NCBI GenBank assembly: GCA_046292385.1
Contig: JBKBRF010000015.1
Span: 1-64,000, forward strand
DNA length: 64,000 nucleotides
Source of the DNA: Armatimonadota bacterium
GTDB taxonomy: Bacteria; Armatimonadota; SYMT01
Direction of reading: 5' to 3'
Part shown: piece after piece, positions 46,449 through 54,517 of the stretch
Layout: the number at the start of each line of letters is the position of its first letter
Position numbering within the stretch: position 1 is the stretch's first letter
The notes under the pieces: model-generated
What the model was told of the DNA's origin: nothing
Seen by the model: only the letters and a program-made list of their open reading frames with translations
Database searches by the model: none
Made by a program: the position numbers and the translations under genes

Positions 46449-47650
46449 TCACCAGTTGCGCGTCTCCACTGCCGCATGCCGTGTACGAGCGAGTGCTTCC
46501 TCGACGGCTTGCTTCAGGCGCCCAAGACCGGCGTAACTCCGGACCGGCATCTCGCGGTGCTTCGCGTCCTGCCAGATGGGTTCGATCCGGGAGAGCTCCG
46601 GGCAGTAGGAGGGCAGATTAGAACAGGTGCACGTCCGCCGCAGCCAGGCGGACCGCCTCTGCCTGGACCCGCGTGCTCCGATGCACCGAGTAATTGTCGA
46701 TCACGATCGTCAGGGGACGCTCGCGCCGCCAGTGGGGTGGCGCGTCTGCTGGCCGCCCCGCGAGCAACCAGAGAAAAGCCGGGAACACCGCGGCGCCGAT
46801 GACGCCCACTTCCTCCGGGACCAGCCCGTGATCAGCGGGCTCGTTCCGCTTCGCTCTTGCGTGCCTGCTTGGCCCGGCTACTCGGCAGGCTGGCAAACGT
46901 CAAGAAGGAGAAGGTGTCGGCGAGCGGGCCGTGGGAGAAGTAGCCGCCGATAGCATTAACTCTCCGTCCCTGGGGTGCCTCATACGGGACGGTGACCCGC
47001 TGTCGCACGAGCCCCCATCTGTAGCTCGTCGGCGCGGTGGGAGCGAAGCCGGCTTGATCTACGTGGCAGAGGTCCAACCGACCGGCGGCTCCCCCTTTTC
47101 CAGCTCTGCCAGCTCCGCCCGCTTCTCTGCCACCTTTGTGGGGTCCTGCTTGTGCTTCAGACGGCGCTGGGTGCGTTTGTACAAAAGCTTCTCCCGCTTG
47201 AGCAGGCGGCCCAGCCAGTCCGCCGAGAGCCGGAGGCCGTGGTGTTCTTCCAGCCAGTCCGCCAGTTGCGCCGCGGTCCACGTCCGGTCTCCTTTTGCCA
47301 ACTCGGCGCGGAGCGCTTGCCGCAGGGCGGGAGTGAAAGCCGACGGCTGCCCCACGTGTGGTTGGTCGGGGAGCCCGGCGAAGCCCTCCTGGAGAAAACG
47401 GCGGAGCCAGAAGCGCACCCGCTGGGGAGACTGCTGCAGATGTTGGGCGATGCGGGTGGCACTCCACCCCGCGTGGGAAAGCCGCACCATCTCCGGGCGA
47501 TCCCGGGTGCGCGGCTTGGTGCCGGGGTCGCGGGTAAGCTGCCGTAGCTTGGTGAGTTGCTCCCCAGTCAGACGGACGCGATACAACCTCTGTCCCTCCC
47601 ACGGAGGATTACGTGTCCGAGCGTGGCACTTACTCCCCCGGACCGCTTAG
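46449..47650 (-). mobile_element. Degenerate IS630-family element (HTH orfA 47059..47586, frameshifted DDE part)
   Basis: HTH ORF with GAAAAGGGGG slippery site at 47091-47100; fragments DQAGF, IDNYSVH and LPSYCPELSRIEPIW are separated by frameshifts or a stop; end CTAAGCGG. Confidence 0.85.
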
Positions 47651-48012
47651 AGCAAAGCGCACGCCGGACTCCGGGCTCCAGAAGGTGTCGAACTGGGAGA
47701 GATCCCGCGTCAGCGCCAGGTAGAGCCCGTCAAGAGAGAGGAACGACACGAGGAACAGCCATCGAGGAAGGTTGGCGGAAAACATGCCGATGCCTCTTCG
47801 GATGAACAGCATGAGCTGCATACATGAGCCGGGGGAGTTGAAGTGCAGTCGGACGCGATACGGATGTCCGACGGACGTCATTGGAGGTGTCGGTTAACCG
47901 AAGGCAATGTGCGGTATGCGTACCTGCTGGGATCACAGATGCGAGGGCAACGAACGAGCGGCGAGATCGGAAGCTTCTCGAGGTCCTAACGATTCTATCT
48001 TGTCCCCGCTCC

Positions 48013-49578
48013 TTACCAAGTCCTCCCGAGCGCGGACTCTACCGGTCTTGGCGCGATGCTCGGGGCAGGCGGTGGGGAGGCCCGGCGTATGGCTTCGAGT
48101 GACGCCCTGCTCACCTCAAGGTCGGGAAGATGGCGCGACTGTGCCGCGATGGTGAATGGCTCTACCGGTTCGAAGTCGACCTTACCGCCGCCGTAGCGGT
48201 AGTTCGAACCCACCATCCGCAATAACTCCCGCGCTTCGCTCGGCTCTGCCTGCGCCAGCAACTCCGGGAGCGTGTTACAGGTGGAGATGAACCACTCCAC
48301 CGCCTCTCGCGGGTCACCGGGATCGAGTTCGGACCGCTGCACCTGCTCGGCGACCTTCGCTTCGTCGAGCATGAGTGCCTCCTTCTTGGCGAGGTACTGC
48401 TCGTCCGTGAGGTGACCGCCCAGGCGCAGGTCGAGGAGCACCATAAGACGGCTACGGACCTCCTGCTGCCGCCGCTTCAGGGCAGCGAGCCCGTCGTCGC
48501 CACGCCGCCGCTCCGCATGCAGCACTTCGGCCGCCTCCCGAAGACTGACAGCCAGTTCCGGCCGGAGCTGAAGACGGCCATCCAGCGCCGCCGCGATCAG
48601 CGCCAGGAACCGCGCTTCAGGGACATAGGGCTCCTGGCAGTCGCCGCGCCGGCGGCTGCAGCGGTAGTAGATGTACTTTCTCTTCTTGAGATCCCCGACG
48701 ACGGCGCAGCCACACTCGCGGCAGACAAAGAGACCGCCGAATCTGAAGTCATGCGTCTGGCGGCGGGGCCGCGACCGGCCGGCCAGCACCTCCTGGACCT
48801 TCTCGAAGAGGGCGACGGAGATGAGCGGCTCGTGGCTGGCGGGGTGCAGCTCTCCTTTGAACCGGAGGAAGCCGCAGTAGAACGGGTTGGTGAGGATCCG
48901 GTCCCGCAGGATGCTCTTGGTGAGCAGCTTGCCGGTCAGGCGCCCGACCAGGCCCGCTTCGGCCATCTTCCGGGTCAAGGTGGCGAGCGAGTACTCGCCG
49001 GTCGCGAAGAGCTCGAACGCCTGGATGATCAGCGGGCCGAGCACCGGATCGATGATGATCCGCCGGGGTGCCGTCGGGTCCTTGACGTTCAGATACCCGA
49101 GCGGAGCCCAGCCCGGCCATTCGCCGCGGGCGAGCTTCTCCCGCAGCCCCTTCCGGACCTCCTCGGAGAGATTGTCGACGTAATACTTGGCGAAGACGAC
49201 GTTGATCCCGAAGATCATCTTCCCCTGGGCGTTGTTCTCGTAGGAGCCGGTGACGAAGAGCAGCTCCAGGCCGGCGTCGATCAACTCGTTCAGCCGCGCC
49301 CAGTCGGCGATGTTGCGCAGCAGCCGGTCGGGCTTGTGGGAGAGGATCCGCACCGCGGTGCCTTGCCGGAGCAGCTTCTCAGCCTGCTTGAGCATCGCCT
49401 CGAAGAGCGGCCGCCCCGGACGGCGCGCCGAGTGAGACTCCCGGATCAACTCGGTGATCGGGGTAGCGTGCCGGTCTGCGAAGGCGCGGCACTCCTTCTC
49501 CTGGGCGTCGAGGCTCAAGACCTGGCGGTCATCGTCCTCGCTGGAGCGGCGAGTGTAGAGGAAGGTGGCACATGGCAT
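48013..49578 (-). CDS. Large serine recombinase (resolvase, recombinase, Zn-ribbon and coiled coil)
   Basis: YTRRSS catalytic motif, ESHSA, PDRLLRN, APLGY, ILTNPFYCG, CRECG...YYRC; AAAGGAGG RBS. Confidence 0.95.
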   Translation of the reverse strand: MPCATFLYTRRSSEDDDRQVLSLDAQEKECRAFADRHATPITELIRESHSARRPGRPLFEAMLKQAEKLLRQGTAVRILSHKPDRLLRNIADWARLNELIDAGLELLFVTGSYENNAQGKMIFGINVVFAKYYVDNLSEEVRKGLREKLARGEWPGWAPLGYLNVKDPTAPRRIIIDPVLGPLIIQAFELFATGEYSLATLTRKMAEAGLVGRLTGKLLTKSILRDRILTNPFYCGFLRFKGELHPASHEPLISVALFEKVQEVLAGRSRPRRQTHDFRFGGLFVCRECGCAVVGDLKKRKYIYYRCSRRRGDCQEPYVPEARFLALIAAALDGRLQLRPELAVSLREAAEVLHAERRRGDDGLAALKRRQQEVRSRLMVLLDLRLGGHLTDEQYLAKKEALMLDEAKVAEQVQRSELDPGDPREAVEWFISTCNTLPELLAQAEPSEARELLRMVGSNYRYGGGKVDFEPVEPFTIAAQSRHLPDLEVSRASLEAIRRASPPPAPSIAPRPVESALGRTW

Positions 49579-49720
49579 AGGCCTCCTTTAGTGGGTAACT
49601 TTGCGTACGTACCCTAACTCAGAGATCGCTCGTTCGCAATAGGGCTCCTAAAGGCAGGAAGTCGATGCCGCGCGCAGCACGCCGGTTGCCGGGACCGCCC
49701 TGCGCACGTACGCTCGGGCC

Positions 49721-50005
49721 ATGTCTACTTCAGCTTCCCGCCCCGCCCACACCCCACGCCAACTCCTCACCGCCGCGCGCGTGAAGGCCCTGCTGACCCT
49801 GGAGGACCCCGGCTACGGCAAAGAATTCGCTCCCGAAGAGTGGGAGCGAATTGCAGAGCGGCTCTCCGCCCTCACCCGGCTCCTGTACCGGATGCGCACG
49901 CGCCAGCTCGCCCAGCCCAAAGCAGAGGCGCGAAGTGGCTCCTCCCGTAAGGAAAACGGCGTTGATCCGCCTGCCCTGCCGGTTGCCTCTACACAAAGCC
50001 AGTGA
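49721..50005 (+). CDS. Small hypothetical protein divergent from the recombinase
   Basis: 94-aa ORF with an amphipathic helix (EEWERIAERLSALTRLLY). Confidence 0.5.
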   Translation: MSTSASRPAHTPRQLLTAARVKALLTLEDPGYGKEFAPEEWERIAERLSALTRLLYRMRTRQLAQPKAEARSGSSRKENGVDPPALPVASTQSQ

Positions 50006-50061
50006 GAGTGCGGACCTCCCGCTCGTGACGGGCCTGTGGGCCGGTACGGGCGTGCTGTCCG

Positions 50062-50448
50062 CTATGGGTCGTCCGGGCGGGACTCTGTCGGCCGGGGCTG
50101 TTTATCGTGCCGGAGCCGCCGTGCCGGCTCTTCCAGCTGCCCCTGGAGAAACCCGGCGGGGCGCTTTTTCGCCTTCGCCTGATCGATCAGCTCCAACAGA
50201 CCTTCCCGGACCTGCTCGTCGCGCACGCCGTAATCGAAGAGCAAGACGTGCATCAGGCAGCGCGCCGCGTCCGTTACATTCAAACCGAGACCCCGCTCCA
50301 GGATACGCCGGGCCTGCTTGGCGGTCGGGACCTTACGTCCCGCTTCGAGATTGGCGATGTAGCTCCGCGGAACGTGAAGCCGTTTCGCCAGCTCCGAGGC
50401 GGCCATCTTACCTCGCAGCTTCTTGAGGAGAATTCCGAAGCTCTCCAT
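50062..50448 (-). CDS. XRE-family HTH regulator (repressor-like)
   Basis: FGILLKKLR...ELAKRLHVPRSYIANLEAGRKVP. Confidence 0.88.
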   Translation of the reverse strand: MESFGILLKKLRGKMAASELAKRLHVPRSYIANLEAGRKVPTAKQARRILERGLGLNVTDAARCLMHVLLFDYGVRDEQVREGLLELIDQAKAKKRPAGFLQGQLEEPARRLRHDKQPRPTESRPDDP

Positions 50449-50669
50449 TCGAGAGGCTCCCTTTCTCCCGCTCCTTCTTGCCCTCCCTGCCGGAGCACCG
50501 CCACGCGGTGCTTTTGTTGCGGACTCATCGTACCAAAGCCGCTTCCGTTGTCAACAGCTGCGCTCCCGGCGCGAAGTGCCACGAGTGACAGGGCAGTTGC
50601 GGGAAGTTTTCCGCAGTGGAAAACTGGAAGCTATCGGGCCCGCGAGCATGGGCCTGGAAAGGAGGCGCG

Positions 50670-50900
50670 ATGAACAACCATCGCAACCACTTACAAGAGT
50701 ACCTGGGGACGATCGAGGAGTACTGGTTCCACGGGCCGCAGCGGAAGTTCGCCCGCGACGCCGGGATCCCGGAGACGACCCTCTCCCGCATTCTCCGCAA
50801 GGAGAGCACGCCGACCTTTCCGGTCATTTGCCGGATCGTCCGCGCGCTGGAGAAGAAGCTCGGCCGCAAGATTGACCCGCGGGAGATCTTCGAGCCGTAG
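50670..50900 (+). CDS. XRE-family HTH regulator (Cro-like)
   Basis: QRKFARDAGIPETTLSRILRKESTP; AAAGGAGG RBS. Confidence 0.85.
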   Translation: MNNHRNHLQEYLGTIEEYWFHGPQRKFARDAGIPETTLSRILRKESTPTFPVICRIVRALEKKLGRKIDPREIFEP

Positions 50901-50928
50901 CCCGGCTCCCGACCCTGAAAGGAGGTCT

Positions 50929-51465
50929 ATGTCCTATCCCCCTCATCGTTCCTGTCGCCGCCCCGGCGACCACTCTGACCCCTGGCAGCCGGCCCTCGCC
51001 GAGCTGCGTAAACTTCCCGTTCCTGCTCTCGACCGGCTCGTCCGCGCCTGGCTGCACCGGCTCGGAGCGTGCGCCGCCCGTCCATCCGGCCGCTGCCCCG
51101 GCGCCCGCACCTACCACGTCCTTTTCACGGCGACGCCGGTGCCCACTCCCATGCGCGTGCGCGTGCATCAGCGCCGAAATCGGCTCCAGCCGCAGCACGT
51201 CGAAGCGTTCGCCGGTCACCTCACCCGGATCGGCGTCGCCGCAGGGCTCCTCGTGACCACCGGCGAGATCAGCCGGGAAGCGGCGAGTGTCGCCGCCGGC
51301 TTCGTGATGCCGCGAATCCGGCTCTACAGCGGCCTCGACTGGGCCTCCGAGCTCGTCCGCTGTCGGCCGGGTCTCCGGCTGCGTAGCGTCTGGCGCTACC
51401 TGCTCGATCTCGGCGGCCGTGGCGAAACCGACCGGTGCTCCCGCCAACCAGGAGGCCGCCGATGA
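50929..51465 (+). CDS. Mrr-like restriction endonuclease fold protein lacking catalytic residues
   Basis: VEAFAG...GLLVTTGEISREA...IRLYSG matches the Mrr_cat C-terminal half; D and QxK are not seen; AAAGGAGG RBS. Confidence 0.7.
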   Translation: MSYPPHRSCRRPGDHSDPWQPALAELRKLPVPALDRLVRAWLHRLGACAARPSGRCPGARTYHVLFTATPVPTPMRVRVHQRRNRLQPQHVEAFAGHLTRIGVAAGLLVTTGEISREAASVAAGFVMPRIRLYSGLDWASELVRCRPGLRLRSVWRYLLDLGGRGETDRCSRQPGGRR

Positions 51466-52580
51466 GCCTTGCACCCCCCTCCCGCCGCGGCGACCTCGCG
51501 TCCCTACCGCTCAACTTCTGGCTCGTGGGGCAGGAAGGCGCCTCCACCCAACGACGAGGCCGCTACACCCCGGCCTCCCTCCGCCACCCTGGCAAGATGC
51601 TCCCCGCGCTGGCGCGGGAGATCCTCGCCGCCTACACGCAGCCGGGCGACTGGGTCCTCGACCCGATGTCCGGGATCGGCACGACCGGCGTGGAAGCACT
51701 TCACCTCGGCCGGCACTACGTCGGGATCGAGCTGGAGCCCCGCTTCGCCGCCTGGCAGCGGCAGAACCTCACCCTCGCCCGCCGCCAGGGCGCTGCCGGG
51801 ACGGGGGTCGTCTACCAGGGCGATGCCCGCCGCCTGGCGCCGGAGCCCGGTTCCTTGCCGGAGCCGTCGACGCCCGGCTCCGCTGCCGGCGGTCCGATCG
51901 ACGCCGTCATCACCTCGCCACCCTACGGAGACCGGCTCGCCTCCGTACGCACTCCCTCTCGCACCATGCAGCGCCTGATCGAGCGCGGTCGGTTCGGGGG
52001 AGATATCGTGCCGGGGATCTACGGCCGCGGGGCAGCGAACCTCGGCAACCTGCCGGACGCCGAGTACCTCCGAGAGATGCGGGCGGTCTACGCCGGCTGT
52101 CTGGAGGTCCTGAAGCCCGGCGGCATTCTCGCGGTCGTGATCCAGCCCGGACGCGACCGGCACCGGCTGCGACCCCTCCACCATGAAACCGCCCGGATCT
52201 GCGTCGAGCTCGGCTTCGAGCTACTCGACGAGCGGGTCGCGATCCTCTCCCGGATCGAAGCGGAGCGTGGGCGGCCGCCGACGGTCTATGCCCACAGCCA
52301 CTTCTTCAAGCGGCTGGCCGCGGCCCACCTCCGGGACGCCGGCTACCCGGTGTCGCTGGGGCAGCTGGAGTACGTGCTCGTCTTCCGCAAGCCGGGCTTC
52401 AAGCGGCCAGGCGTGCGGACCGGACAACCCAAAAGCGGCCTTTCGACCGCTCTTGGCGGCGACCCGCGCGGCCGGGGGGAGGAGGACTTGTTGCCGGCCT
52501 TCCTGCGGGTGCCTGTCGCCAGCGTAGCTCAACCGGCCGCGTCCCGCAAACCGGCTGCCACCCACGAAAGGAGCGTATGA
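51462..52580 (+). CDS. DNA amino-methyltransferase (SPPY, probably N4-cytosine)
   Basis: HPGKM, VLDPMSGIGTT, GIELE, TSPPY, LKPGG, YVLVFRK. Confidence 0.88.
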   Translation: MSLAPPSRRGDLASLPLNFWLVGQEGASTQRRGRYTPASLRHPGKMLPALAREILAAYTQPGDWVLDPMSGIGTTGVEALHLGRHYVGIELEPRFAAWQRQNLTLARRQGAAGTGVVYQGDARRLAPEPGSLPEPSTPGSAAGGPIDAVITSPPYGDRLASVRTPSRTMQRLIERGRFGGDIVPGIYGRGAANLGNLPDAEYLREMRAVYAGCLEVLKPGGILAVVIQPGRDRHRLRPLHHETARICVELGFELLDERVAILSRIEAERGRPPTVYAHSHFFKRLAAAHLRDAGYPVSLGQLEYVLVFRKPGFKRPGVRTGQPKSGLSTALGGDPRGRGEEDLLPAFLRVPVASVAQPAASRKPAATHERSV

Positions 52581-53194
52581 CCCGTCGATCTAACCCCGAT
52601 CCCCAAAACCGAGTCTCCCCCGACGCCTACCTGCTCGGGCGCTGGTTTACCGCCGCCCGGCGAGAGGGACTCCTGACCGCTCTCACTCCGGAGGCCTGGC
52701 ACACGCTCTCGGCCGTCCTCTCGTTCACCCGCCGCGACGGCGGGCGCTCCTTCACCCTCGATCAGCTGGCGCTCGCCACCGGCCAGCCCCGGGAAATCGT
52801 CGAAGCGCGGCTCCGGGAGCTGGCGCGGACCGCTTGGAACGGCGAGCCGCTCCTCCAGCCGGAGTGCGACCCGGCCGGCGACCTCTGCGGCGCCCTGCTC
52901 GCTCCGCTGGAGCTACTCGCGCGCGTTACCGGCTCCTCCCGGGCGACAGTGCCCGAGCCGACGGTGGCACAGCCCGCGAAGTCCGCCGAGGCGGCCGGCG
53001 ACGCGGAGCTGCAGGCCGACCTCCATAACCTGGGCTTGAACGAATCGCAAATCGGCTCCCTGCTACGCAGCTACGGACCGGCGCGGATCCGGCGGCAGCT
53101 CGGCTGGCTGCCGGAACGGCACGCCCGCAATCCTGCCGCCCTCCTCATCCGGGCGGTCGAGCAGGACTGGGAGCCGCCCCGGGAGGCGCCATGA
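52577..53194 (+). CDS. Hypothetical wHTH/replication-associated protein
   Basis: TLDQLALATG...ARLRELA HTH; C-terminal RNPAALLIRAVEQDW; ATGA coupling on both sides. Confidence 0.6.
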   Translation: MTRRSNPDPQNRVSPDAYLLGRWFTAARREGLLTALTPEAWHTLSAVLSFTRRDGGRSFTLDQLALATGQPREIVEARLRELARTAWNGEPLLQPECDPAGDLCGALLAPLELLARVTGSSRATVPEPTVAQPAKSAEAAGDAELQADLHNLGLNESQIGSLLRSYGPARIRRQLGWLPERHARNPAALLIRAVEQDWEPPREAP

Positions 53195-54036
53195 TCGCTC
53201 CGGACTTTCGCCATGGCTACCTGCGGGTGCCCCTCTCCCTCTGGAAGCTCGCCTACTGCCGGACGCCGCTCACGCGGCGCCAGCTGCAACTGGTCTCCGT
53301 CGTCCTGCGAGAGAGCTGGGGCTGGCAGGAAGGGAGAGGCTCGGTCCGTGCCTGGACCCGGCCCCTCACGAGCCGCCAGTTTGCCGAGGCGACCGGCCTC
53401 TCAACCGATCACGTCGCCCGCGACCTCCGGCGGTTGGTCGAGCTGGGAGTCCTCGCGGAGCAGGACCGCCGCTACCGGCTCGAGGCTGGGGTCAAGCTGT
53501 GGATAACCCTGGGGATAGCGCCGCCGAGGGAGCGGCACGCAGCGCCCAATGAGACGGGTTCCGGCGCGGAAAAGGCGCTGCTACCAGGCTCCTTAAAGAA
53601 AGAAAAGATAACTCATAGTAGTACGCTGCCACCGGCGGGAGAAACCGTCGCGCGTCGTCGCGCCGGTTCGCTGCTCGTCACGCGGCAGGCGGTGCCGCTC
53701 GTGGCTGCGTCACCGGCGGCGGAGCTCCCCACGCCGCCGGGCTCGTCGGACCCGTCCGCCGCAGCCTCCGCCCCGGCATCGTCCGCCCTGGCACGGGAGC
53801 GCTTCGCCGACGTGGTGGCGGCGTTCGTCGGCACCCTCTCCCCGGAGGAAGCGGACCAGCTCACCCACTGGATCTGTGCCGAAGGGATCGCCGCCGTCTG
53901 GGGGGCACTTGAGCCGGCCTTCCGCCTCGGCGCCGACGCGGGCCGAGCGCAGCTGACGGAGCTTCTCCGGGAGCACGCTTCACCCGCGCCGGGTGGCGGC
54001 CGCGCCGGGACCGGAAGGGCGGGCACCGATGCCTGA
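53191..54036 (+). CDS. Phage O-like replication initiator
   Basis: LTRRQLQLVSVVLRESWGW...QFAEATGLS..HVARDLRRLVELGVL. Confidence 0.7.
   Translation: MIAPDFRHGYLRVPLSLWKLAYCRTPLTRRQLQLVSVVLRESWGWQEGRGSVRAWTRPLTSRQFAEATGLSTDHVARDLRRLVELGVLAEQDRRYRLEAGVKLWITLGIAPPRERHAAPNETGSGAEKALLPGSLKKEKITHSSTLPPAGETVARRRAGSLLVTRQAVPLVAASPAAELPTPPGSSDPSAAASAPASSALARERFADVVAAFVGTLSPEEADQLTHWICAEGIAAVWGALEPAFRLGADAGRAQLTELLREHASPAPGGGRAGTGRAGTDA
53498..53621. promoter_or_regulatory. Putative replication origin: tandem DnaA boxes plus A-rich tract
   Basis: TGTGGATAA (perfect, 53498-53506), TGGGGATAG (53510-53518), then TTAAAGAAAGAAAAGATAA. Confidence 0.55.
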
Positions 54037-54517
54037 CGCCCTGTTACTCCCGGGAGAGCAGGTGCTCCTCATTACCCGGCGACACCTGCTGACCCTGCTC
54101 TTACCACTCCTGCTGCTGTTCGCCGGAGGGGGTGCCCTCGCGCTGCTCGCCTGCCCGACCGCGCTACACTTGCGGCTCAACGGTCGCTGCCCGCTGCTGT
54201 TGGGCGTCGCCGTCGGTACCGCGGCGCTCGTCCTCTTCGTCGACTGGTACTTCACCCGCTTCGTCCTGACCGATCAACGGCTGCTCCGGCTTCGCACCCC
54301 GCTCTGGCAGCGAGTCCACGCGCTGTCTCTCCCCGGCCTGGAGAGCCTGACGGTGGAAGTGGGCCTGCTGGGGCGACTCCTCGGTTTCGGCACGATCCTC
54401 GCCGACACCGCCGCCACCCAAGGCGGGCGGCTGGTCCTGGACACCGTGCCGGACCCGGAGGGCATCGCCCGCGCCATTGCCGGGAGCGCTGCCGCGGCGC
54501 GACAGGCGGTAGGATGA
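54029..54517 (+). CDS. Membrane protein with bacterial PH (bPH_2-like) domain
   Basis: LLPGEQVLL..RRH, two TM helices, FVLTDQRLL, LLGRLLGFGTI, VPDP. Confidence 0.8.
   Translation: MPDALLLPGEQVLLITRRHLLTLLLPLLLLFAGGGALALLACPTALHLRLNGRCPLLLGVAVGTAALVLFVDWYFTRFVLTDQRLLRLRTPLWQRVHALSLPGLESLTVEVGLLGRLLGFGTILADTAATQGGRLVLDTVPDPEGIARAIAGSAAAARQAVG

Noticed and set aside
47630..47881. Short hydrophobic ORF beside IS630 as a RiPP transporter or immunity fragment
   Set aside because: Too short, no recognisable motif, and it runs into the IS end
48412..49617. 401-aa plus-strand ORF
   Set aside because: Antisense shadow of the serine recombinase
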